A stretch of DNA of 64,000 bases, from positions 16,988,001-17,052,000 of the forward strand of contig JAQFVV010000008.1 of the NCBI GenBank assembly GCA_028023455.1. Direction: 5' to 3'. Shown here piece after piece: positions 27,234 to 38,700 of this stretch (within the stretch, counting starts at the first letter, position 1; each line of letters starts with the position of its first letter). A program made the translations under genes and the position numbers. The DNA is from Epiperipatus broadwayi. Taxonomy: Eukaryota > Animalia > Onychophora. The notes below the pieces were generated by a model. That model worked only from the letters and a program-made list of their open reading frames with translations. It had not been told where the DNA came from and ran no database searches.

Positions 27234-27600
27234 AAAAGTTATAGATGTGTTGTAAACATTGGGTGCAACAAAATTAAACAATCAACTAGCAAAAAACAAG
27301 AATAGAAAATATTAAAAATATAAAGGTGGAGTAGAAGAACAATAATTAAAAAAAATAAAAGCTATTCACATTATTGGGTTTTGATAGGTATAAAGTACTT
27401 TCTATTTGGAGGAATTTTTTATAAAAACACTAATCTGAATAGCTTCTGATTTTTTTTTTTGCTATTAGTCTTCACCCCATGTTTATATTTTTAAAATTTT
27501 ATGTTCTTGTTTTCTACTGGTTGAATCTTTAAGATTGCTATATATCAATGTTTACAGTATCTCTACAATTATTTTTTTTAGAATAAAAATCATTATCCAA
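27234..27600. repeat. Old imperfect inverted repeat (arms ~27234-27368 and ~27437-27600)
   Basis: The arms align at roughly 70% by eye (TGTAAACATTG...AAAACAAGAA...AGCTATTCA). Confidence 0.55.
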
Positions 27601-28301
27601 TTCATTGGAATAACTCAATCAAAACAGTACATTAATACTATAAATCATACATGGATGGACCTGGATGTCATTTACATATATAGCTAAATATGCATAAATT
27701 AATCTATACAGTTTAAACATATATACTAGCTATTACATAAAGATTACTAAATTTAGACACATATAATCAATATTAGTTAGTGAAAAGACAGCATTTTGTT
27801 TAATTTTAAATATTAAATGTCATACATGAATAGATACTATCTAAAATTAATAATTAATATATATCAATTTAATATTCTATTTTGAATATATATCTCATAA
27901 CAGCTTTTGGATTATAGCCTAACTCTGATTGATTTTGGGCTCTTACTTGAATCTCTATATATTTTTTTTAATATTTCTCACTGATGAAATGACATCAAAA
28001 GTTACCTGATATGTTTTGTTATTGAAGTTCTTGGGTTTATTTTTTAAAATATTGATATAAAATTCTTTAGAGTCAATCTACAAACATTGATTAATGTTTT
28101 TATAGTTTAAAAGTCCATTATTTTTATGGTTTTATATCCCGTTTCATTTATGGATATACTTAAGATTTGGAATACAGGCATTCTTATACCTGGAACTTAA
28201 TTGTAAATATAGGGGATTTGAACTCAGACTTTCAAGCGACCTTCAACTATCCACACTATCTCATATTACTGAACCACACACATGTAAAAAGATAAATAAT
28301 C

Positions 28302-28345
28302 ACCAATATATGTATTTCATGCAGAACCAGCACTCATCAGTTGGT
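28302..28345 (-). ncRNA. Minimal type-I hammerhead ribozyme, catalytic core intact
   Basis: ACCAA-CUGAUGA-GUGCUG-GUU-CUGCAU-GAAA-UACAUA-UA^-UUGGU. Stem I ACCAA/UUGGU is perfect. Stem II has one G-U pair and one U-U mismatch. Confidence 0.85.
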
Positions 28346-28693
28346 CCAGAAAGTCTGAGTCCAAATCCCCTATATTTACAATTAAGTTCCAAATATAAGC
28401 ATGCTGGTATTTCAAATATTATACATTAAGCCTGCATTCTGCCCATCTGTCTTCTATGTATTTAAATGAATACTGTCCTATACATGAGGGGTCTGGGTAA
28501 CTTGAGGTCAATATGGGCATAACAATAATATTGGTATCAGCATGGGATTTGGGCTATCTATCATCAGATCTTCCATGATATGGATGGCTGAAAAGTTGGA
28601 GTAGATTGAAGCTGTCCATTAAAGTATAAAGATTTGCTATCTTAATATAAACTGAGCACTGATTATATATATGTGTGGGAGATGATAATCTGG

Positions 28694-28737
28694 ACCAACT
28701 GATGAGTGCTGGTTCAGCACAAAATATGGATATTGGT
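28694..28737 (+). ncRNA. Minimal type-I hammerhead ribozyme, G12>A
   Basis: ACCAA-CUGAUGA-GUGCUG-GUU-CAGCAC-AAAA-UAUGGA-UA^-UUGGU. Stems I and II are perfect. GAAA has become AAAA at a former CpG. Confidence 0.8.
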
Positions 28738-29170
28738 GATTATTTATCTTTTCTACATGTGAGTGATCATGTGTATCAGTAGTATGAGATAGTGTGAATA
28801 GTTGAAGGTTGCTTGGAAGTCTGAGTTCAAATCCCCTATATTTACAATTAAGTTCCAGGTATAAGAATGCCTGTATTTCAAATCTTAACACATTAAGTCT
28901 GCATTCTGCCCATCCCTCTTCTATGTATTTAAATGGATACTATTCTATACATTAGGGTTCAGCATGAATTGAGGTCAATATGGACATAACAACAATATTG
29001 GCATCAGCATGGGATTTGGGCATTCTATCATCAGATTTTCAATAGTATAGATGGCTGAAGAGTTGGAGGTTGGAGTAGATTGAAACCTGTCCATTAAAGT
29101 ATAAAGATTTGCTATCTTAATATAAACTGAGCACTGATTATATATATATGTGTGAGAGATGATAATCTGG

Positions 29171-29215
29171 CCCAATTGATGAGTGTTGGTTCAGCACAAA
29201 AAAACATATATTGGT
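29171..29215 (+). ncRNA. Degenerate type-I hammerhead ribozyme
   Basis: CCCAA-UUGAUGA-GUGUUG-GUU-CAGCAC-AAAA...CAUA-UA-UUGGU, 478 nt downstream of the previous copy. Confidence 0.7.
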
Positions 29216-30575
29216 GATTATTTATCTTTTCTATATGTGTGTGATCATGTGTATCAGTAGTATGAGATAGTGTGGATAGTTGAAGGTTGCTTGAAAGTCT
29301 GAGTTCAAATCCCCTTATTTATTATGGATATAGTTTTATCATTTTTCATTATCATTAAAAATCATTAATTCTTTAACAGCAATAATATTTTGATATTCAT
29401 TGTGATTAATATTATTTTCACTTTTTAGTAATTAATTTTTTTTTTTTTAAACTTATTTCTTTTTAAAAACTTTAATATTGTCTTTTAGTGTTTCAATAAT
29501 ATTTTAAACAATTTTTTTATTGATTTTATTTAAGTTGCACAGTTGCTTGAGGGAATGATCCAACTGAGAATTTCCTTTAAATAAATCTTTTTGAAAATCA
29601 GTATCAGGACAATTAAATCCATAACTGTTTGTAAAATCAACTTTGCTGGTCCATGGAATGCATCTTGGGGGTCATTTGTCTTTTATTGTATCTTTATTTA
29701 TATGAATTTAAAAAGAATATGGAAGTATGGAGGTTGTTTAACATATCTATAAAGATATTACACATGGGAAAGAGAAAAGTGAACAACTCCATGTGTGTGT
29801 ATGTTTAAAATTAAAAAAATCAGATATATTAATCTTTAACTGAGGTTTAAAGTTTATATCTGTGCTAGGGATAATCTCCAGTTTAGAAAATGATTAGTAA
29901 TAATCATTATTGTATTTATCTGACATGGATGGTGTCAAAATTGTGAGTGGAGTGAGTTTGACAATGGTAAATAAAAATGTAAAAATTTACTTTCTATGTT
30001 TGTTCATTTTACCATTCTTCCAGATACTCAAAAAGTTACATTCAAATTGAAAGAAATAGCTCTAGTTTATAAATTAATAAAAGATATAGATATATAATAT
30101 AAATAAATTTATACATACTAATAATTAGATATAAAAAATAATGTATTATCAATTGAAATTCTGAAAAAGATTGCTAGTCAATCAAATCATTGTCTATTTA
30201 TAATATTGTACTCATATGTTAATAAAATAATATGTGTATGATTGATTTTTTTTTCCAGAGTAGCCTTATTTTTTTAAAAAAAGTGTCTTCTAAAGTGGAT
30301 CTAATTAGAGAAAAAATGAAAGCTGAATGGGAATAAATGATATATTTAAATATCTATTTTCTATAAATAGAAAATGTTAAAATATTACTGTTTTGTTTTG
30401 TAAACAAGAACATCAAAGAAAGGAAATTATCCATCTATTTTTGATTCCATAATAAATTTAAATTGAGGGTGGAGGCTATTAATGTGCACTAAGAAATCAT
30501 TTATAATTTTCCTTTTTTGTATGAGCAAACAATAAAAGTCTTAATGCAGTAAAAAAAAGTCATTTGTCATTATCT

Positions 30576-30750
30576 TCAGCACTTGCTCTGTATGTCAAAG
30601 ATACTTGCAACATAGACTTTTTCCAAAACCAAGATTCTATCCAGATGCAACAATCATCATCAAAGAATATTAAGGGAGATCATAGAGATTTTGATGAAAC
30701 CAAATGATATTAATGAATGTAATAAAAATGCCAAATTACCATCTATCTAG
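30576..30750 (+). mobile_element. Penelope-like element 3' fragment (GIY-YIG C-terminal region)
   Basis: With one frameshift it reads SALALYVKDTCNIDF/SKTKILSRCNNHHQRILREIIEILMKPNDINEC, matching the SA.A.H...H.IDF..TKIL....R.I.E.IEI.....IN pattern of Penelope endonucleases. Confidence 0.75.
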
Positions 30751-31575
30751 AAGAGTTTCTTTACACACATAGATAAAAAGCATCAATAAAATTTAAATCC
30801 AATTTATTAATCCTCACAACTTTTAAATTTGATTCTCACTTTTTACTCTTATTTTTATTTTGATTGAATAAAAATTGCAGTCTTTAATTTGTTCTAGTTT
30901 TTCTATAATTTTATATGTTCTACTTCTTTCTACAATTCTTAATTAATTTTGTACAACTTTTTAGATCTTTGTAATGACCCTGTAATAATACCTTTACCCA
31001 ATGAAAAACATTATTTTGCCAAAATGTCTGGTAATTATATAGTTTAATATTTTACATGATTATATTTCAAAGTTTCCATAAATTATAATAATACATATTT
31101 TGTATATGAAAACTTTCAATATATGTAAATGTGTCAATCTCAGAATATTCTTGTTCAAATATGTTACCTTGAAATATTTATAAGCAGGCCCATGATAAGT
31201 AATTTTTAATAAACTTGCAAATACAATTTTTACTTTTTATTTATCAATGCCCATTCATTCAGTCTGATAAAAGAATTCCAGGAGAATTCCTACTTCATCT
31301 AACCACTAATCATATATATTGTGAATAAATCAACATTGATATTAGTGGTAATCTTAGTTAACATATTAATCACACCAGCTTAACATTTCATATATTATTT
31401 TAAATATTACTAATTACAACAGCATGTAAATAACTTTTTACCATTGCTTAGGTAACATATTTAGACAGTGCTAAAAAATTGTTTACATGCTATTCAAATT
31501 AGTAATATTTAATTTAAAATATATATGAAACAAACAATTTTTAATAATAGCACCCAAAGACAACACAAGTTAATA

Positions 31576-31620
31576 GATTACACAACTCTTCAAGTGGTAT
31601 TATTTTCCACTCTTCTTCAT
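31576..31620 (-). ncRNA. Decayed hammerhead ribozyme (left arm)
   Basis: (A)UGAAGA-A-GAGUGG-AAAAUAAUA-CCACUU-GAAG-AGUUGU. Confidence 0.5.
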
Positions 31621-31756
31621 GTGTTGCTGGCCTGAACAGTAACAATTCTAGCATAGGAGTCAAACTTACACTTTTAGATTGAGTTGCTAGAGCACTGCCT
31701 TAAATCTAAAGGTGTAAGTTCAATTGCTATGCTAGAATTGTAATTTCCTAGGCCAG

Positions 31757-31807
31757 GATAACCTGAAAAAAAGTGAAGAATAATACCACTCAAAATGTTG
31801 TATAATC
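31757..31807 (+). ncRNA. Decayed hammerhead ribozyme (right arm)
   Basis: GAUAAC-CUGAAAA-A-AAGUGA-AGAAUAAUA-CCACUC-AAAA-UGUUGU. The consensus with the left arm gives CUGAAGA-A-GAGUGG...CCACUC-GAAA-CGUUGU. Confidence 0.5.
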
Positions 31808-33006
31808 TACTAACATGGGTTGTCTTTGTGCGTTATTATTAACAATTGTTTAATATAGCTGTCTTGTTTAATGTGTGAACTAAGAACACTGCTAATAATA
31901 AGTTTTAGCTTTTTCAGATGTCAATGTTGCTTTATTTACAATATATATGGGTAGAGATCAAAGGAAAAAAATTCTTCTGGAATTCTTACAATATATACGA
32001 GTAGAGATCAAATGAAAGAGAAATTCTCCTGGAATTCTCTCTTTATTAGACTGAATGAATGGCATTGATAAATAAAAAGTAAATTTGTATTTGCAAATTT
32101 ATTAAATATGACTCATTATGGGTCTGCTTACAAATAATTCTAAGTAACATATTTGAATGAGATTGTTCTGAGATTAATTATATTCCTACAAGTTACATAT
32201 TTAAGCAGTGGTAAAAAGTTGTTTATATGCTGTTAAAATTATTAATATTTAATTTAAAATAATATATGAAACATTGAGCTGGCTTGATTAATGTGTGAAT
32301 TAAGATTGCCACTAATAATAAATTTCAGATTTTTTGGGTCAGAATGTTGATTTATTTACCATATATACAGTTCCAGGTGAGAGAAGTTACCTATTTAAGT
32401 AGTGATAAGAAATTGTTTACATACTACTGAAATTATTAATGCATATATGTATGTATTAATGGCATTTTTAGTAAGTTTGTTACTGTTTTCTTTAGTATTC
32501 AGTATTGCTTATAAGATTGTTTTATCTCTCAAATCTTTCCCCTCATAATTACAATTACTTTTATAGTGCAAGTTTATGATACAATAATACTCATATTACA
32601 TGATCACCATCTCTATACTAGCACATAATAGCACTAACGTATGGAGAGTTTTACCTTTGAATACTCATATTATAAGAGATTAAGAGAACTACATTTAATA
32701 AGAAATATTTATTTGTAATCTTAATGTGAATATTAAAATATATGATTTTCCTATAGTCATCTTAATTCTTAAAACAACTTGATGACTCTATTCAGCCTCG
32801 GTAGCATTCAACATTATGTCTATGGCTTAGTTTAGACATTATATCACTTAAAATTAATGCCACAAAGGATCTTTTGTCAGATTTTGAACATTTGATTTGG
32901 TTGCTTTATTATTTATTTATATTTAGACAATGATAACTTATTTTGTAGGTATAGTCTAAACAAATCAATATTATTACTTCTATCTGTAATGTTTTTTTTT
33001 ATATAC

Positions 33007-34666
33007 TGTACCGAGTTTCATTGTTATCTAATTAATATTTTATAAATCTGCATTTTTAAAAATAAAAAAAAGTTAAAAGAATAAAAATTTAAAACTAAAG
33101 AGTAGGGTAGGGGGGTTTATTATTAAAGAAAAATAAAGAATAAATGCTTTAAAAGAAAATAATTTTTTTTTTTATTTAAAAAAGAAAAAAAAATCTTATG
33201 AAATAAAAATGATTTAATATTATTTTAATCAATTTGTAATAAAAATAATAAAGAAATTTCATTTTGTTTTACAATAAAAACAATTAACTGTGTGCGTGTG
33301 AAAGTTTTAAAGAAAAAAAAATAGAAGCCCAATCAGAGCAAAGCAAAGGATAGTTATTTCACGAGACAATAGTCGCTGTAGTTAATAAAAAATTTCCATT
33401 GTTTAAACAGTTTAAATATTTCAACATTTATTATTCTGGGATTATTGTCATTATTATTACATTTTTAAAAATATTTCTTGAAGCTATAGATATAATAATT
33501 ATATAAATTGTTATGTCTCCCGATACAATGCGCTGTTAAATCATCGCGTTGTACAGTCAACTGGAGCTTTCTTAGCTCGGAGGGACCCATGTTCGAATAA
33601 AGCAAGAAAAGTAGCGGAGTGTGTGTATGCTGTAAAATCCATGAAAGTTTATATAAGATCACAGGATCCAAAGGAGATTTGTTGGAAGTTAGAGCTAACC
33701 GGTCATAAGTAATTTTAAAGAATCTACATTGTGCTGTGTACGTCATTTCCAAATTTATAAATCCTAGGTAACTTTTGTTTTAATATGCTTTCATTCTTGA
33801 TTTCCGTTAAAGATAAACAATAAACTCTGCTAAATAAAACTTTAAACTTTTTAAAATAATATTTGGAAAATACAAACAATATCGGCTTCTATGTTTAATT
33901 ATATTTAAAGACATTGTGTGTACGAATGTGTCAATTTTAAGTTAATGCATTGTGTATATTTTATTTATAATAATAATGTATTAAAAAAAAAAAGCATTTA
34001 TATAAAATGAACAGAATGTGCGTGTTTAAATTATAAAGCAAAACGATTGTTTTTTTTTAAAAAAGGAAATATTTAAATTGTCTTTTAAAATATTTATGTT
34101 TATGTTTTAACACACACAGTTATACAAAGTAATATTTTAATAAAATGGAAAGGGAAAAATTTAATCATTAAATAAGAAATAATTAATTTAAAAGTAAAAG
34201 GATAAGGAAATTATAATTTTTAAAAGTAAGGATTTGTTGTGTAAAGACGTAAATTGTTTTCTCAATCAGTACATTGTTATTTTTTAAAATAGAAGTATTA
34301 TCTACGGCAGAGTTGTTATTTTCTTAAAAGATATTTAAAATCCGTTGAGCTAGCTGGATCTCAGGTATTAGATAGGCTGATCAGGTAGATACGTTAATTG
34401 TAATTAGCTGGTGCCTAAAGGTTTTTTTTTTCTTTAAAACAAATAAAGTGTTTATTTGGTTAGTATTTATCTAGTAGCCGAGTATTTATATTATTGGTAG
34501 ATTGCTGCTAATGATATTTTACACTCTATCTGAGGACCAAGCACCTTCGAAGGATAAATGATAAGAAGGAAGGTAGAGTAAAGTTATGAGTTTATTATCT
34601 ATAGTCTTTATTATTATTAGTTATTATTATTTAAAGATAAATTGAGAAGTTGGGCGGTTCAATACA
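33007..34666 (-). mobile_element. Possible long solo LTR
   Basis: It has TGTA...TACA termini and CpG-enriched patches, and shares short motifs (CGCCCAA, AAACACGCACA) with the 4894 LTR. The flanks ATAC and TAAC do not form a clean TSD. Confidence 0.35.
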
Positions 34667-35746
34667 TAACATTACATAAGCTTCATTAAGCATTATAATT
34701 AATTTTAATCATATGCTATCATTAGCTTAAATCTTTCAAACTTCCAGACATTAATCATTCAAATCTGATCATAGTCTTCTAATTGAAAATTACAAACAGA
34801 TGTTTAAAATATTTAAAAAAAATTTGATTTAAATTTTATTGTTTATAATTAATAATTTAATATTCTCAAAAATATTCAAAAATCTAATATCCAAAAGTTT
34901 TGAATGAATGAGAATTTTCTCAAGAAAGAATATTTTGTACAATGTAAAATAAAGTACTTTTATAATACTCTTCCAACATCAGGAAATTATAATAATGTTT
35001 ATAAAATCATTATCTTCATATTAACCACTGTTATTTCTTTTAATAGTGTAAGAGTTCTTTAAAGTGCAATATGAGACTATCAAAAAAAAATCGAATTACC
35101 ATCAATAATAATAAGATGTCATCACTTGGCTACAGTATTGCCATTTTTTAATGCAGTTTTACATAAATATGTAGTAGCAATACATAAATAAATATCAAAA
35201 ATCAGTCTCATTTTTACTTTTAAAAAATGGAACATGATGAACTCACAAGAAAAAATTAAAAAAAATTACAATTTTTTTTCAAGACATTAAAGTAAGAAAT
35301 ATGTAAAACAAGATTATTATAAAAGATATATTATAAAATCTAGTGTAGATAAACGAAAGACAGCAGTTGATTTTTTTTTTTTTAAAATCAACTTTAAAGT
35401 CCAGGGGCAGGCTTCATTGATAAAGGCAAAAGGTAAAAATGAGTCTGAAGATGGGGGGGGGGGGGTTTCAAATATTAAAGATAAAAATTTTGTATGCATT
35501 TAGTAATTAGTGATAGCTCTATATTATTATAGATGCACTCAAGTGGAAAACATCTTATTTAAAAGAGTTACCATAATTTTATTCATTTAATAGTGCTCTC
35601 TTTGTCCAAAGGTGAAGAAGTCTTGAGAAGAATATATCACTTACAGTAGTTATATGAATTTTTGCTTCATTATTCATAAAATATTCCCTCAGCCTATGTA
35701 AAATATCATCTAATAATAAATTCTCAAATTTGTTTTAATATCTATA

Positions 35747-38700
35747 TTTAGACTGTCTGTGTACATATATATTGTAAATAGTTATTGAAATTGTGTAATT
35801 GTTTGCAGACAGCATATTGTCATTATGATCTCTATATTAATATGCACTATAAAAAATTAGCATAAAGTTTTAAGAAATTGAGTAATGAAGCTAAGGTATG
35901 CTAATAAGCCCCTATTTATGCAAAAATGAACAGATATAGAAGTTACCCTGCAAGTTAAGAAGTGAGAACTAAATGTAGGCTAAAGTGAACTGTATGTGCA
36001 GGCTTACCATGCAGATATAAGTAAAATTAGTTAGCCAGTAGTGAAGAAAACATCCTATTAATGGAAACATATAGAAATACAGACTATGAGCATGTGGATG
36101 AGCATTTAATGTTAATCATTTTCAAGAGTAAAATTAACACAATAATTATATTTTCATTTTATTTATTTCATTACAAGTGAATAAATTGATTAGTGAATAA
36201 ATTGATTTGTTGAGTTTCAAATTGTTTCATTCTTTAATTATTTTAATAATTGATGCTTAACTGTCAGGTTTCATTTAACAACCCCCTGGGTATAGCAGAA
36301 CGATGCATATCAATAATTAAAAGAACTGATGATTGGCAGAAATGGAAGTGGAATGATGTAAATACTAATAATGATATTGCTAATCATAATATTTGCGAGT
36401 CCAATGTGAATACTGTTTTTTGCTGGAAGAGATGTTTTACAAGTAGCTAAATAGTTGTGTGACTCTAAAAGTCTTGAGGGCATTCCATATCAAGACTAAA
36501 TAGAAAATCTAAATGTTTTATTTTCAGTTGGTAGGGTCAAAATAGATGACACATCTATGTTTTTGCATCTCATAAGCAATATCATAATTACAATTTAACA
36601 CTGTTGACACTTGTGAAACAATGTCAATTTGCCTCTGAGCTAGAAAACATGTTGCTATACCAACAGCTGTTTGGAATGTCTAATCACAGCTTTAGATAAA
36701 TTTTATTAAGTAAGATGAATCTGTCAAATAAGGTGGCAATTGAAAATTGTATTGCACAAAAGATTATGTTAGAGATTGCATCAGAATTCCAAGTTACAAC
36801 TGGAATGTGAACATCATGTGAATAAAGTACAAACTATTACTGTGAGTTTAAAGACTGCAAAGGATAACTTGACTTATTATTGCTGTGGTATGAAAGGCCA
36901 TGTTAATAAATTTTGAAAATTTAAAATAGAGAAGTGTCAGACTTATAATATATAAGGATATTTAGTTTGTATCTGTCATCATAAAGATAAGAGTGCAAAA
37001 GCTAAATCAAACTCAACCTTTAAATTAAGGGAAGGTAGAGCAAGAGGTAAAAAAGATAAGAAATAAATAGCACTGACAATGGCCACATGTGGCCATTTAT
37101 GAAAATAAAATAAATATAAAAGTCGATAGTGGCATGGGATTGTTATTATTACCATTATCTAGGAATAAAAACAAGTGGAAATACACACATTCTAGCTATA
37201 GATGTAAACATTAACAAAATAGTCATATGTAATAAAGTGATGGTATGGTCAATTCAAGGCCAGGATTAAATTTCTACGCATATTTATAGTGAAGATAAAT
37301 ATAAGCTCTTTATTGAATAGAAACTGGTTTTATCCACTAGGGATATGCCTAAAGATAAGTAAAAAAATACAATTGGAAGCTGAATTTAGAGATAAATATC
37401 TCCATTGATTGAAATTGAGAATAGTCAAATTAAAAACATGCTGGTAGATATTGAACTACTAAGGGGTACCCAACCTTTAATGTTTATATCATGTAAGGTC
37501 ACATTTGCCTAGATGATTAAAAACATGGTTGCCAAAGTTGCATTATCTGGTAGAAGACTCATCATGATCTAGTGATAGTGATAATGAAGCTGGATGGTAC
37601 TACTCATTTTTGTGGGGATTATATCACACTTAATAAATACATCAACAAAGGCGCAAGTCCTGTGTCAAGCGTGCATGAAGTTCAAGCATTGCTTCAGAAA
37701 GCATCAATTTTTGGAAGATTGATTTAAGTCCACCTTTGACCCAATACCTGTTGTGCAAAGAATGACAGAGTTGCTTACCATTAGCCCTCATATAGGACTT
37801 TTTAATGTAATAAATTATCTTTTGGTATCATGGTTACCTGAACATCTAAGCCAAAATGGATGTTTTGTTCCAGGGCATGAAATTATTCCATAACTGAGAC
37901 TTTGAAATAAATTGGACAAAGTGGGAATAGGCTGAATGCTGTGAAGTGTATATAGACTATCTCAGAAATAAAGTTTCTGGAACTATACTATTAGTCAAAA
38001 GGAGAAATACTCTAAACTAGAGAAAGTTAAAGCCATAAAAAATGCCACCAAAATAAAGTACTGACAAGCTTTTTTTTTTAGGATTTTGAGAATTTTCTTA
38101 GAAAGAAATCATACACTGTTACACTTTTACAAAAGTTATTTCAGAAAGTACATAACTGAAGATTGACAAAAAAACATAATTTAGCCTTTCAGAAAGCAAA
38201 AGATTTATTAATAACTAGCCAACTCCTTGTACATTATTGAAGTGATGAGGAATTGATTATACCCACTGATGCATCTCACACCAATTTTTTGGAGAAGAAT
38301 GTCCAATTGTATATTATTCCTCAAGCACATTAAGATCTGATGAAAAAATATATAATCAGCTTGATAAAGAATTATCTTCCATTACTAGAAATTTTCAGTC
38401 CAAATAAAATAACTCCAGAACATGCTAACCAGAAACTAATCCAGTGGATTAATTTACTAGCTGTCTATGATTACGAACTAGTTTACAAGCCTCCTAAAGA
38501 GATTGGCCACATTGATGCTTTATCATGTTTATCAGATACCTGGAAGGGTGGCAAAAGCAAAATTTGCCAAGTAAATTTTATTGATATAATGAATTCAGAA
38601 ATTTTGAACAATCCTAAGGTTGCTGAATGGATCAATAATAATCATGGGTATAAAGAATTGAAAAATTTGATTATATTGGGATGGCTAAAAGATCTGCCAA

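Larger units (their letters stand above)
28159..29321 (+). mobile_element. Retrozyme-like non-coding retroposon: about two tandem 466-478 bp units plus an inverted partial copy
   Basis: AAGTCTGAGT recurs at 28351, 28817 and 29295. Positions 28159-28350 are a reverse-complement copy. An 11-bp TSD TTATGGATATA lies at 28148-28158 and 29322-29332. There are three hammerhead motifs and no recognisable ORF. Confidence 0.9.
31133..32450. mobile_element. Large compound foldback (inverted plus tandem segments), probably an old Penelope/retrozyme-type insertion
   Basis: The palindrome is centred at 31681-31701. Inner arms are 31530-31680 and 31702-31850, and outer arms are 31137-31330 and 31990-32175. 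Segments recur directly at 31430, 32190 and 32385. Each inner arm has a decayed hammerhead. Confidence 0.75.

Noticed and set aside
27234-27600. Hammerhead in the 27-kb and 47-kb inverted repeats
   Set aside because: Only fragments such as GTGAAGACTAATAGCAAAA remain, and too many substitutions are needed.
28558-28570. Other CTGATGA/CTGAAGA/CTGAGGA hits (28561 minus, 6475 minus, 21576, 34529, 39670 minus)
   Set aside because: None is followed by a pairable stem II plus GAAA with a valid UH site.
33330-33780. Promoter and first exon of a nested host gene (CCAAT box, CpG-rich)
   Set aside because: There is no convincing ORF or splice partner. It is better explained as part of a solo LTR.
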